From contig OZ249436.1 in NCBI GenBank assembly GCA_965235115.1, positions 29,762,001 to 29,826,000 of the forward strand: a stretch of 64,000 nt of DNA, written 5' to 3'. Below, piece by piece: positions 49,680-62,697 of the stretch. The number at the start of each line of letters is the position of its first letter. Positions within the stretch are counted from its first letter, which is position 1. The notes below the pieces were generated by a model that was not told the DNA's origin, made no database searches, and worked only from the letters and a program-made list of their open reading frames with translations. The translations under genes and the position numbers were made by a program. The DNA comes from Laetmonice hystrix. Lineage: Eukaryota.

Positions 49680-51585
49680 ATGAACTCTGGAGCGACGGAC
49701 ATGACCTTTGAAATACGTTTTCATCCAGACGTCTTTGGGACACAACTCTCAGATTTCTTACTATTGGGAGACTATTGGGAGATATGTTTACTGAGGTTTT
49801 GTCCCAAGTGACGGCTGGATTAGAAGACGATGACTTAGGTCGTGTCGTCATACATCACCTTCCCTGGCGACTCCTATCGTCGTATCCCTGCCTCCTCTCC
49901 AGCATTTAAGGGCTCAAGCGATCTTGGAAACTATTCAGGCCTTTCTCAATAGCAACGAAGGACTCGTCCTTGACGCCAACTTTAAAATAGACGTAGGTAC
50001 CATTCGCCTTGTTCGAGGAGCAGCTAGTGACACACCCATCACAAAATTATTTGGACCTGGTAACTCTGTACACATCAAAAACTCTTTAAGAGAAATTGTT
50101 AATGAAGACAATATCTGCATGTCGCTATCCATAGCTGTGTGCTGGGCTGTCACTGTGTGTCGAACGCTGAATGGAACGAGGCTACCTTTGGCGAGGCGGG
50201 GGATAAATTATCTCTCGCCTTGAGGTTGAAAATGGTATCAAAATGGCTGTATGTTAATATCCGAACCAAAAGCAGAAAAGAACAGAAAAACTTGGCAGCA
50301 AAACTATGTGATCTTGCAGGCGTGAGTCCTGACGTTCTTGCCACCTTAAATGATATTCCAAAGTTTGAGGCTCTGTTGGGAGTAGGCCTACAAAATTCTT
50401 TGCGTGTACCCATAAGGAAATATCGGGTCCTTTACTATGTGGAGATCATCTCGGACATTTCCATGCTATCGGTAGGATCAAAGGCATATCTAACTGTAGT
50501 TATTTTTGTGATTCGTGTTTAAAACCCTACTCTAACAAAGGGAAACATGCCTGCGATCAGTACTGCATCGTATGCAAGTCCAAGTGTCCCCCCTCTGCTG
50601 AACCGATGTCTTGTTTTTGGTGTCACATGACTTGCCGCGGTATGACGTGCTTCCTCAAACACTCGCCATGGCATTGATGGGTCTTCACAGTGTGACAGGT
50701 ATTACAAATGTACATCCTGTTATTCTGTGATTGACACCGACAAACGTAGAGTAGAGAAACATCGGTGTGGTGAATGGATATGTCAGACGTGCGACCATTA
50801 TGTTGTAGGATCGCATCATTGTTATCAGCGTCCTATTCCCCTAAAACAGATAGATACCTTTAAATACATGGTTTTTGATTTTGAGGCAACCCAAAATGTT
50901 AGAACCGAGTGTTCTGAGGGTTATGCCGTCAAACGTTGTTCTACTTGTACAGAGAAACCTTGTATCAAATGTAGAAGATGTATTCATTGTAACGATCCCT
51001 CCTGCGGTGTATATACCCATATTCCTAACTATGTAGTAAGTCAAAAAGTATGTCAAGACTGTGTTGATAGTCTGACTTGCAACAAATGTAACTGTTGTGG
51101 GGATAGGTGTTCCTCGTGCAACAAGTGGAATTCAATTTAAGACAAATGTTATGCTACCCCTCCTTGTGAAGATTGTGGTGATAGACAGCGTGTATTTGAA
51201 TTAGACAACACCGTAGGTCAGTTTTGTGAATATCTCTTTGATACTCAACACAATTTATATACAACTGTTTTGGCTCATAACCTTCGTATCGCGGTTATGA
51301 CGGTTTCTTCATTCTTCAGTATTTGTTAGATCAATCTATGTTTCCTGATCACATTATATATTCAGGTTCAAAAATTATGTACATGTCTGTAGGAGGTGGT
51401 CTGTCTATTCGCCTCATTGACACCTTAAATTTCTTCCCCGTCAAATTAGCTGCTTTACCTAAAGCATTTGGTTTGACGGAGTTGACGAAAGGGTGGTTCC
51501 CTCACATTTTTAATACAGTAGACAACCAAAACTACAAATGTATATCGGCCCCTTTCCTGAACCTCGGTTTTATGGACACGACATG
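49680..51585 (+). pseudogene. Protein-primed DNA polymerase B (Polinton/Maverick), segment 1: N-terminal, Cys/His-rich and Exo I/II regions
   Basis: FLNSNEGLVLD, NEDNICMS, multiple CxxC/HxC motifs, YMVFDFEATQ (Exo I), LAHN..GYDGFFIL (Exo II), IDTLNFFP..LPKAFGL..KGWFPH.FNT; several frameshifts. Confidence 0.85.
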
Positions 51586-53595
51586 GGGGGTGTTTCATAA
51601 ACCGGTGTCGTTAGTCGCACGACTAACTACAGTGTCGCACGATGCTGTCGTGTTTCATAATATTACTGTAGTGTCGCACGATAGAAACAACTACCGATGG
51701 GTTAACTGTAGTTACTTTCTGTTTCAAAAAGAAATCGTACGACTAACTACAGGAATCGTGCAACAGTATTACTGTGGTAACCGGCGACACCCCAGGGGGG
51801 TGTCGTAGGATTTTAAAAAGAGGCGCAGGGCCTCTTTTTGAAACCCAATATGTGGGTTTAAACTTCAAACTTCAACATGGCGGAAGGAGGGCACGTGGTA
51901 GAAGTGAGAAGAGATAAGGCGCCGAAAATATACCACCCGCGTCTGGACCCAATCGGCCACTACCCGGTCCATCAGTTTCTAAGACGGTATATAGAATTGA
52001 TCGGCAATCTGCAGTGGAGCTTTGTGATGCATATGAAAGGGGAGGGTAATGCACCACTGCACAGGACCCCAGAGGTGGAGGGTTAAGTATATATTGTTTA
52101 ATGTAAAAGGAAAGGTATATAATGAATTTATAACTTTAATATATCTGATAAATACCTGTAGTGTTTCCAGCTGTTTGGCATGTAAGATTTATTGAAAATT
52201 TTAACATAATTATTTCAATGTCGGATATCAGGAAAAAAATTAAATAAACTCTGGCCTCCTAAACTGTGTCACTACGCCACCCCTGCACACATATAATTCT
52301 TGTCTTGCTGTAAAATAATGACTATAGTAGTAATCAACAATGATGAATTAAATAAAAAATAAAAAAATTGAATCGGCTGGGATTCGAACCCCAGACTTCT
52401 GCCATGAAGGGCCTACACTCTACCACGGAGTCAACCATACACGGTGATAACTTAGGCCTATGTATTATGTCATATCATTGTCTTATAGCAGGCATACGTC
52501 ATAGGTCACGTGACCTAAAAATATGTCTATTGGTGTTGAATAGTAACTATGGGTCCAAGTTCGACCATTTACAAGTTATAGCCTTGAGAAAATATAGATG
52601 ACCTCCTTATAACTTTAGAGGTCACGTGACCTAAAAAATAATGTATAAATGAAGGAGCATATGACTTTCTACCAGTGTTTACTAGGAACTATGGTTTTAT
52701 CTTCAACCATTTACAAGTTACACCCATAAGAAAAGAAAGATTACTGTATCTTATAAGGTCTTAGGTCATGTGACCTAAAAAATGGTGTCAAAGGAAAGAG
52801 CATATTAGCATTTAATAGTAACTCTGGCTCTACGTTCAACCAGTCACAAGTTATAGCTGTTTTGAATTTGACAATTCTCGCATAAGTTCTGTCAGATCTT
52901 TTAGATATTTTGCAGACTTGTTGATGATACCCTAAGGTTACTGTGTGAAAATTTTCAATGAAATCGGGTTATCTATCACTGAGAAAATACTTGTCAAAAA
53001 GCGGTTCACTTTTTCTGGGACACCCGATATAGATAATCTCCTGATGATGTCATAGGTCACGTGACCTAAAAAATAACGGTGCCAAACAGAAGACCATATA
53101 TGACTTCCTATTAGTGTTCAGTAGTAACTATGACCCTAAGTTCAACCATTTACAAGTTATAGACCTCTGAATATATAGATCATCTCCCGATGACGTCATC
53201 TCAGGTCACGTGACCTAAAAAATAATGGTGTATAATGAAAGAGCATATATGACTTCCTATACATATCCTATAGTAAGTTTGACTCTATCTTGCACCTTTG
53301 TTCAGTTATAGCCCTATATTCAGACCCATGTTCGAGGTCACGTGACTTCCTCAATACCATCGTTACGTAACATGTCGTGGAATCGTGCGACACTACAACT
53401 ATATTTTTGACGACAGCACCTACGACGTTTACAAGTGTCGGGCGACAAAATGGTCGATTTACTTACTAACTACATTTGTTGTGGACGATAATTTTTATGA
53501 AACGAAATGAACGACACGTCGGGCGAATATCGTCCAGCCAGTGTCGTCAACGTCCGACAATGACGACTAACGACACCAGTTTATGAAACACCCCC
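51586..53595. mobile_element. TIR element with 3-bp TSD (Harbinger-like) inserted in pPolB; carries HINE-repeat and tRNA-like pieces
   Basis: GGGGGTGTTTCATAAACCGGTGTCGTTAGTCG / CGACTAACGACACCAGTTTATGAAACACCCCC; ATG duplicated at 51583-51585 and 53596-53598. Confidence 0.85.
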
Positions 53596-54558
53596 ATGAT
53601 GTCGTGTGAGGAGCGCACCAAGTCTTTGACTTGTCATGCGGGTCAAACACACACCTTCAATTTCAGAAAAGAAAGGAAAGCCTATTGTGTGTCTGATGTC
53701 ACCATACCGAGAGAAGCCTGTATGCGTTTTCGTCAGCTGATGCTCAATGTCACGAGTGAAAAACGTGAGGAGGAGAATGAGGATCAGGAACCGGTAACAG
53801 TACTTTACGGCATTGATCCGTTCAGATACGTCACCATCGCCAGTGTATGTATGGGAGTATTGAAAGGTAAATTATTTTATGAACATGTGGAGATTCAAGC
53901 TAAACATAAGAAAACTGGTGTCGAAAAGACATGCCGCAGGATTTGTAAGGAGGACAGTTGCGTGTATCTTTTGGACAATGTTGAATTAACATCTGAACAA
54001 TTCGATGAGGATTGGGAATATGATCCCGAATCCACCATTTTAAAATCAAATATAGCTCAAGTCCCTACATCTGGCTATGGTCTCGATCAGTACAGTGCCG
54101 AATCCATCTGTTGGCTTGAATGGTTGATTCACCATCACAACCTGTCGATTCAACATGCTTTAAACGGGAAAGAACACCGCGTACCTGGGTCAAAATATAA
54201 ATTGGACGGTTTTGACAGAGTGACGAACACGGCTTATGAGTTTTATGGCTGCATATTTCATGGATGCCCACAATGTTTCCCCGACCGTCAAATGAAACAC
54301 CCGCTCACTCGACAATCCTACGAGGAGCTATACACACAGACTATGAAACGTGAGAGTGATTTGAAAGGTCGAGGATACAATGTGGTGTCCATCTGGGAAT
54401 GTGATTTTCACCGTGAAATGAAAGAAAACTCGGTCTTGTCCGACTTTTTCAAAACTTTAGACATTCAGTCTCGTCTGAACCCGAGGGATTCCTTCTTTGG
54501 AGGCCGAACAGAGGCAACACGGTTAATGTACAAAACACGTGACGAAGAACAAATTAAA
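53596..54558 (+). pseudogene. pPolB segment 2: Exo III, inserted nuclease-like domain, start of polymerase domain
   Basis: YCVSDV, IDPFRYVTIASVCM, QHALNGKE, LDGF...YEFYGCIFHGC, WECDF, LNPRDSFFGGRT. Confidence 0.88.
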
Positions 54559-57500
54559 CTAGATACGTTGTGGAGTACCACAATGGATCCCATCCCCGGG
54601 GTGTCCCATGTAACATGTTCTGAATAGGGATAACTATGGTACTATCTTGCACCCGTGACGACTTATGAGCCTTAGAAGATGGAAGTTACGTCATTATGAC
54701 CTTATGCTACGTCATAAATATGGATCTCAATGGACTTCCTATTCATGTACAAAAATAACTATAGGTGTATCTAGCACCGTTTACTAGTTACAGGCTTCTA
54801 CCAATCCTTAGAAGGGCTCAGTTACGTCATAAGGATGTAATAGATCACACAACAGAATAAATCTTGGTGTCAATTGAAAGAACATAATGAGGACTTCCTG
54901 TTTATATTCAATACTAACTATGGGTCTAACTCCTACCATTTACAAGTTAAAACCCTGAGAAAATATCGATGACATCGTTATGTCATGGGTCACGTGACCT
55001 AAGAAATAATGATGCCAAACGAAAGAGTATACATGACTTCCTATTCGTGTTCAATAGTAACTATGGGTCTAACTTCAAGCATTAACAAGTTATATCCCTT
55101 AGGAAATATCGATGACATCTTTACGACGTCACAGGTCACGTGACCTTAAGGATGACGATACCAAGTGATAGCAAGTTATAGCCCTCACAAAATATAGGTT
55201 CACTGGCTGTGGTAATCAGTACCAGTTCAATCCAGTATTAGCTTGTCAGATGGCGTAGCACTGGCGATAAGTGTCTTGACTCACATGCTATGGGTCGCCG
55301 GTTCAATCCCAGGCCGAGTCACCTATTTTTTTGGACTTCTACCGGAAGGGTCCCTCGTTCAATCCCAGGCCGAGTCACGTTTCTTTTTGTTTTTGTTTTT
55401 TCCCTCTAATTTTTAAAAATGGTCACGTGACCTGAAAAAAAAAATATCATAAAAGAGCATAATGACTTCTTATCTGTGTTTAATAGTAACCAATGCCAAA
55501 TCTGGCACCGTTTACAAGTTCTAGAAAATTGACAATTTTTCGAAATTTCAAAGTCACGTGATTCAGCGAATATTAGTCAAATCGCTTATCTTTTGATGAT
55601 TTGAGACAAGCCCATGTTAGAGAGTCCTTCTGCCTAATATTGTCGAATTTCACCAAAAAATGAAGAAGGAGTAGCGATTTAAGAGATTTGTGACTGAGGA
55701 CCCAGTTCTCCCAAAGTTCAAGGTCAAATGACAAATGAAGGGTCCATGTTAGACTAGACCTTTGCCTGATTAAAACGCCATGATGGGGTTTGGAAATTCC
55801 CAATATGAACGTCATGACGTGACGTCATACGTCACGTCACGTGATATGTCACAACTCATTGTCTGACCAGTCCTTGTCATGGTCAAGATGTGTGCCAAAT
55901 TTGATTGAGATATCTTGAAAACTGACTGAGATAGACGCCACTGTTTACTACTACTACTACTACTACAACGCAAAGAATAACTAGTCATGTCGTGGCAAGA
56001 CCACGATGGATCCCATCCCCGGGGTGACATGTCCTTTCTGTAATTAAGTTTGAGTAGAGTTACGTTCAAGGCAGACACTTCCCGACACATCTGTGATAGG
56101 CAGTGGTGTTGGGAAGTTCCAGGTAACGTGTCAAGTTATGACCCTGAGAGAATATTTATGACATCCTCATGACGTCATAGTAACTATGGCTGCATCTTCA
56201 ACCATTTACAAGTTATATCCCAGGGAATATATAGGTGACCTCCTTATGACGTCATAGGTCACGTGACGTACAAAACAATGGTGCCAAACGAAAGACCATA
56301 TATGACTTCCTATTCGTGTTCAATAGTAGCTATGCCCCTATCTGGCACCGTTTACAAGTTATAGCCCTGGGAACATATTGGCGACCTTGCTATGACGTCA
56401 TAGGTCTCGTGACTTGAAAATTATTGGTGCCTTATCAAAGGGCATGTATATATGACTTCATATTAGGGTTTACTAGTAACTATGGCCCAATCCTCAACCA
56501 TTTACAAGTTATAGCCCTGAGAAAATGCCACTGACATTCTCTTGACGTCATAGATCACGTGACCTGGAAAATGAAGGTGCATAATGAAAGAGCATACATG
56601 ACTTCCTATTCGTGCGTAATAGTAACTATGGCTGTATCTTCAACGATTTACAAGTTATAGCCCTGGGAAAATATTGGTGACGTCGTTATTACGTCATAGG
56701 TCATGTGACCCACAAAATAGTGGTGCCAAATGAAAGACCATATATAACTTCCTATTCGTGTTCAATAGTAACTATTGCCCTATCTGGCACTGTTTACAAG
56801 TTATAGGCTTGAGAACATATTGGCGACCTTGCTCTGACGTCATAGGTCACGTGACCTGGAAAATGAAGGTGTATAATGAAAGGGTACATATGACTTCCTA
56901 TTAGTGTTTAATAGTAACTATGGCTCTATCTTCAACCATTTACAAGTTATGGCCCTGGGAAAATATAGGTGACGTCGTTAAGACGTCATGGGTCACGTGA
57001 CCTACAAAACAATGGTGCCAAATGAAAGACCATATATGATTTCCTATTCGTGTTCAAGAGTAACTATGGCTCTATCTGGCACCGTTTACAAGTTATAGCC
57101 CTGAGAAAATGTCAATGACATCCTTATGACGTCATAGGTCACGTGACCTGGAAAATGAAGGTGTGTAATGAAAGAGCATATATGACTTCCTATTAATGTT
57201 TAATAGTAACTATGGCTCTATCTTCAACCATTTACAAGTTATGGCCCTGGGAAAATATAGGTGACGTCGTTATGACGTCATAGGTCACGTGACGTACAAA
57301 ACAATGGTGCCAAATGAAAGACCATATATGACTTCCTATTCGTGTTCAATAGTAGCTATGCCCCTATCTGGCACCGTTTACAAGTTATAGCCCTGGGAAC
57401 ATATTGGCGACCTTGCTATGACGTCATAGGTCACCTGACTGGAAAATCATGGGTGCATAATGAAAGAGCATGTATATATGACTTCATATTAGGGTTTACT

Positions 57501-59602
57501 AGTAACTATGGCTCAATCTGCAACCATTTACAAGTTATAGCCCTTAGAAAATGCCAATGACATTCTTATGACGTCATAGGTCACGTGACCTGGAAAATGA
57601 AGGTCTATAATGAAAGGGTACATATGACTTCCTATTACTGTTTAATAGTAACTATGGCTATATCTTCAACCATTTACAAGTTATCGCGCTGGGCAAATAT
57701 AGGTGACGTCGTTATGACGTCACAGGTCACGTGACCCGAAAAATAATGGTCTCAAATGAAAGACCATATATGACTTCCTATTCGTGTTCAATAGTAACTA
57801 TGGCCCTATCTGGCACCGTTTACAAGTTATGGCCCTGAGAACATATTGGCGACCTTGCTCTGACGTAATAAGTCACGTGACCTGGAAAATGAAGGTGTAT
57901 AATGAAAGAGTATATATGACTTCCTATTAGTGTTTAATAGTAACTATGGCTCTATCTTCAACCATTTACAAGTTATATCCCTGGGAAAATATAGGTGACG
58001 TCGTTAAGACGTCATGGGTCACGTGACTTAAAAAACAAAGGTCCCAAAAGAAAAACCATATATCACTTCCTATTCGGGTTCAAGAGTAACTATGGCTCTA
58101 TCTGGCACAGTTTACAAGTTATAGCCCTGAGAAAATGTCAATGACATCCTTATGACGTCATAGGTCACGTGACCTGGAAAATGAAGGTGTATAATAAAAG
58201 AGCATATATGACTTCCTATTAGTGTTTAATAGTAACCAGGCTCTATCTTCAACCATTTACAAGTTATGGCCCTGGGAAAATATAGGTGACGTTTATGACG
58301 TCATACGTCACGTGACCTACATAAACAATGGTGCCAAATGAAAGACCATATATGACTTCCTATTCGTGTTCAAGAGTAACTATGGCTCTATCTGGCACCG
58401 TTTACAAGTTAAAGCCATGAGAAAATGTCAATGACATCCTTATGACGTCATAGGTCACGTGACCTGGAAAATGAAGGTGTATAATGAAAGATGACTTCCT
58501 ATTAGTGTTTAATAGTAACTAATGGCTCTATCTTCAACCATTTACAAGTTATAACCCTGGGAAATTATAGGTGACGTCGTTATGACGTCATAGGTCACGT
58601 GACCTCCAAAATAATGGTGTCAAAGGAAAGCCCATATATGACTTCCTATTCATGTTCAATAGTAACTATGACCCTATCTGACACCGTTTACAAGTTATAC
58701 CCATAAATATCTAAACTGACCGCTTTTGAAAACTTTAAGGTCACGTGGTTCAGCAAATATAGGTCAAATCGCTAATCCCTCTTTGTATGTTTTGTGTTGT
58801 TAAAAGCCCTTCATAAAATTCATGAACAATTATGGCTCTGCCTGAAATCTTTCAAGAGTTACAGCCAGGAATCTTCCAAATGACCTAACTTTAAACTTGC
58901 AGGTCACGTGGTTCAGTAAATAGGGCGTAAACCCTTAAAAATTATGGTGCCAAATGAAAGAGCATATCACTTCCTATCTGTGTACAATAAAAAACATGGC
59001 CCTAATAGACAAGCATCTTCGAGTTTTAGCCATAGATATCTAAAATTGGCACCATTCAAAACTTCAATGTCACGTGGTTCAGTGAATATAGGTCAAATCT
59101 CTAATCCCTCTTTGTGGGGTTTGAACCTTTCGTTGTAGTATGGTACTACCAGATATTGTCCAATTATACAAAGAAATGGGGAAGGAGTAGCGATTCAAAA
59201 GGATTCTGACCCAGGAGCCAGTTCTCCCTAAGGTCAAAGGTCAAAGGTCAAATGAAGGGTCGCTTTGAGACAGGACCCTTGCCTGATCAAAACTCCATGA
59301 TAGATTTTGTAAATTCCCAATATGAACTTTAAAAATGGCCCCCAATGTCCCAAAAAAATTGACGTCATGACGTGACGTCACGTGACGTCATGACTCATTG
59401 TGGGACCAGACTTCGTCATGGTCAAGATGTGTACCAAGTTTGGTTGAGATATCTTGAAAAATGACTGCGATAGACATAGTGTCTAACAACAGCCCACAAC
59501 TACAATTTCAAAATCCCATCCCCTCCGTGGGGATGGGATAATAATAGGGAAGACGAAACCGTACAATCTGAAGATCCCATCCCCCTGTCGGGGATGGGAT
59601 AA
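54557..59602 (-). mobile_element. HINE nested within HINE (outer 54557-55978 + 59542-59602; inner 55979-59541)
   Basis: Two left ends AACTAG-hairpin-ATCCCATCCCC (54557, 55979) and two right ends ATCCCATCCCC..GGGGATGGGATAA (59541, 59602); (CTA)n microsatellite ~55947-55966. Confidence 0.8.
56130..58700. repeat. ~146-bp satellite array (~17 monomers) with alternating variants
   Basis: TATGACTTCCTATT recurs at ~146-bp spacing (e.g. 57181, 57327); each unit contains TGACGTCA and GGTCACGTGACC. Confidence 0.9.
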
Positions 59603-60100
59603 TTGACTTTACGAGTTTATATCCGTATGTTAACAAGTACTGTGAATACCCTGTCGGTCACCCTGAAATTATTACACAACCTGGAAATGATTTCAGTTCC
59701 TATTTCGGCATGGCCAAGATTAAAATCCTACCCCCACGGAACTTATACCATCCCGTCCTCCCTTATCGATCTGTTTAGACGATGACATGTGTCTGTTGGG
59801 TACGTGGTGTACTCTGGAAATACAAAAAGCGGTTGAAAAAGGCTATGTCATTGTAAAAGCCTACGAGGTATATCACTGGCATTATCATTCCATCGTAAAA
59901 AGTCCTGGTTTAAGATCCCTTACCAAGTTGTGCCTCAACTCGTTCTGGGGTAAGTTTGGGCAGCGTCTCAACATGCCCCAATCCGAGTTCATACACGCTT
60001 CACAACCAGAACGTTTTTTTTCCTTGTTATCAGATCCAACTGTGACTGTAATTGACTTCATGATTGTAAACGAAAATGTAATCCATTTGAAATACGAATG
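59602..60100 (+). pseudogene. pPolB segment 3: motifs A and B, truncated before motif C
   Basis: IDFTSLYPYVNKYCEYPVGHP (motif A), GTWCTLEIQKAVEKGY, KLCLNSFWGKFGQR (motif B); no YxDTDS in the window. Confidence 0.88.
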
Positions 60101-62697
60101 GATATAATGGTCGTGTAAAGCGGGCTATCCACATATAAGCGATTTTACCCCAAAACGACGATATAGCGTCAGTCGCCCTGGTGGATATTCCAAGCGCCAA
60201 TGAAAGGATGCACTCTCCCCCGCAAGATGTCACTGCTGTCTGTTTTTACATCTTATGTGACAGTTTTAGACATGTACCAAGTAGGCTGCCAATGCTCAAT
60301 TTTTCAGTAGTCAGGCTGATAGATCCATTTCAATGTCAGATCGGCCTATATTTGATTATTGTGTTTAACTTCTGATACACTCGACGGTATACATTAAAGG
60401 GCCCTCACAAAAAAAATATGTCTGCATTGGGGTTCTCCAATAATATCCTCTACCTTTCTGTGTGGTCTTGGCATAAATAAATAGCCTAAATTCTAAAAGT
60501 CGCCAAATCTTATTTCAGCCTGAAAATAACCTACTTAGCTTCCGAGACCCCGGGAGTTGTTTTTCATATTCCTATGAATATTGACAGCTTTATTCTCGGG
60601 AAAATCACAGCTTTTTTTAAATTCTGGGACTTCATTCGTTGCGCACAGTTACCAAAGTTGTGCTCTGCACCACAACAACATAACGTTGAAACGGTGGCTT
60701 TCATTGCGTTTGCGTGCACTCGACTATATTGTAATGTTTTCCACCATTAGGGGGTTATTTCACAGCTTGTTCACTTGTTCTTATCTCTCTGTTCTTATCT
60801 CAAAGCTCTTATTTACCATTGGACCTTTCTGGGAATAAAAATTTAATGAAATTACGGTATCTAATGGGCCCGTATAGACCGATATTGCACACCTGCCACC
60901 TTGATCATTGTCATCCTCGGACACTTCATTAAACTGTGTTAATTATACAAAATGAAACAGCCACCCTTACAAGTCGTTATTAAATAACAACTTGTAAGGG
61001 TGGCTAAATTTTAGTCAATAAACAGTGGAAAATTGTTCAAGTTACTTTTTCTAAATTCGTGCATGTTAAACTGCGGATAATGCGTGGTATAACTATTATA
61101 ATTTTAGTTCCCGACTTGGTCACGACATCAATGATAAAACATCGTAATAACATCGCCTTGGTGGATAGCAGCATCGTGTCGGTGGATAGATCTAGGCCAC
61201 CATGGCTACTATAGGATGATACTTACAATGGCCATTGTTTTAGTGTATGACTAGTTATGTAAAAGAGAAAATAACACAAAATTGAACATTACATTATATA
61301 TAGCTGAATGGATTGAACTTAATAGCCACGTGGTCATTGTCGATTCGGTCATTGTCAGCCATGTTGTTTCATTTGTCACCGATATCAGCACGAAGAGTGC
61401 ATTGTGCATATATATAATAATCCCGCATCGTTGGCGGTTAAACGGCGACTATAGAATCTATCCATGTTCCCATTTATGCCTTTAAGGTAATAATAATCGT
61501 TACGATCTCAGCAAGCTGTCAACATAAAAAACGAGTAGTTACTATCAAGGCTTTACTTTTAGTTGGCATGTTTTAATTTAAGGACATTGAATCTTGTATC
61601 GCTATAATTATATAAATACGGGTTGGAATCATTTATGAAGGCTAAACGAGGATGGCTGTAGTAGGGAAAGCATTAAGTTAATTTAGTCACCATGTGGCAG
61701 TTATACCAGCGAATTATGAGCGCGATTATCAAGCGCCATGGTTGAGTGGACACGGGCGAGTCCCAACGACGACCACCACCACAGAAGTGGTGGCAACCTC
61801 TATTTTGGGTCGCTCGTGTCGGTATTGGTAGCCAGCCTCGGATCACCTCGGCTGTCTACCAATACCGCCACTCGCTTGTACACCTCATCAACCTCGGTGG
61901 ACCTCAACACTCGGGGTTACACCCTCTTGTTTCGGCCCACCTCGGTATGATGTGACACATCGGTGGACCTCAACACCTGGGTTGACACCCTCTTGTCTTG
62001 GCCCACCTCGCGTCACGAGGCGACATGTCGCTTTAATCTCAGCAGACGACTGAGAAGCACTTTGAAATTGAAAATGAGAAGAAATTGAACACTACTTGTC
62101 CTGACTCCTATAGCGTAAAGTAGACTACTTGTACAGTGGTGTGTAAGCTTGGTAGAACACATTTCTCACGATTTGCGTCGAATATAATGTAAGAAACCCA
62201 GAAGGTTCTAACTGCACATAACAAATAATATATTTTTAATTATCTAAAATATTTGAAAACGTAATGGTTCGAAGTATTTATTAAATATATGAGAAAATAT
62301 ACACGGACTCGTCTTATGATACAGCTCACTAGAGGCGCTGCTAAACCACGTGCAAGAAATTGCCTATTTTTATTCCAACTCAAAGCAGAAAGCCGTCGAG
62401 GTTGATCATTGGCACCACCATGAAAAGGTGGTGGTCACACCGGTCACGGTTCTTGACTTTCTATGGCCGGTTGGGGCCAGTCGGACGAGTCCAAGATCCA
62501 AATATATTCAACTGGACCAACGAACTTAGCGTCATTTAGGGGTGTTCGCCGTTCATTCTCAAACTGCCAACGTGATGACTAAGTGAGATAGTCCACGGCC
62601 ACCCCTCATGGATGCATGCAGGTTATACGCCGAGGGCTTCGCCCTCGGCGTATAACCTGCATGCATCCATTCGTGGGCCGTGGACTATCCCTCACAT
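60101..62697 (+). mobile_element. Unclassified interspersed repeat with terminal long hairpin; compact paralog of the fragmented 5862-29500 copy
   Basis: Blocks match 5862-5913, 8922-8996, 18235-18892, 21080-21290, 27318-27660 (inverted), 25365-25495 (inverted), 27665-27730 and 29390-29500; palindrome at 62584-62695. Confidence 0.7.
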
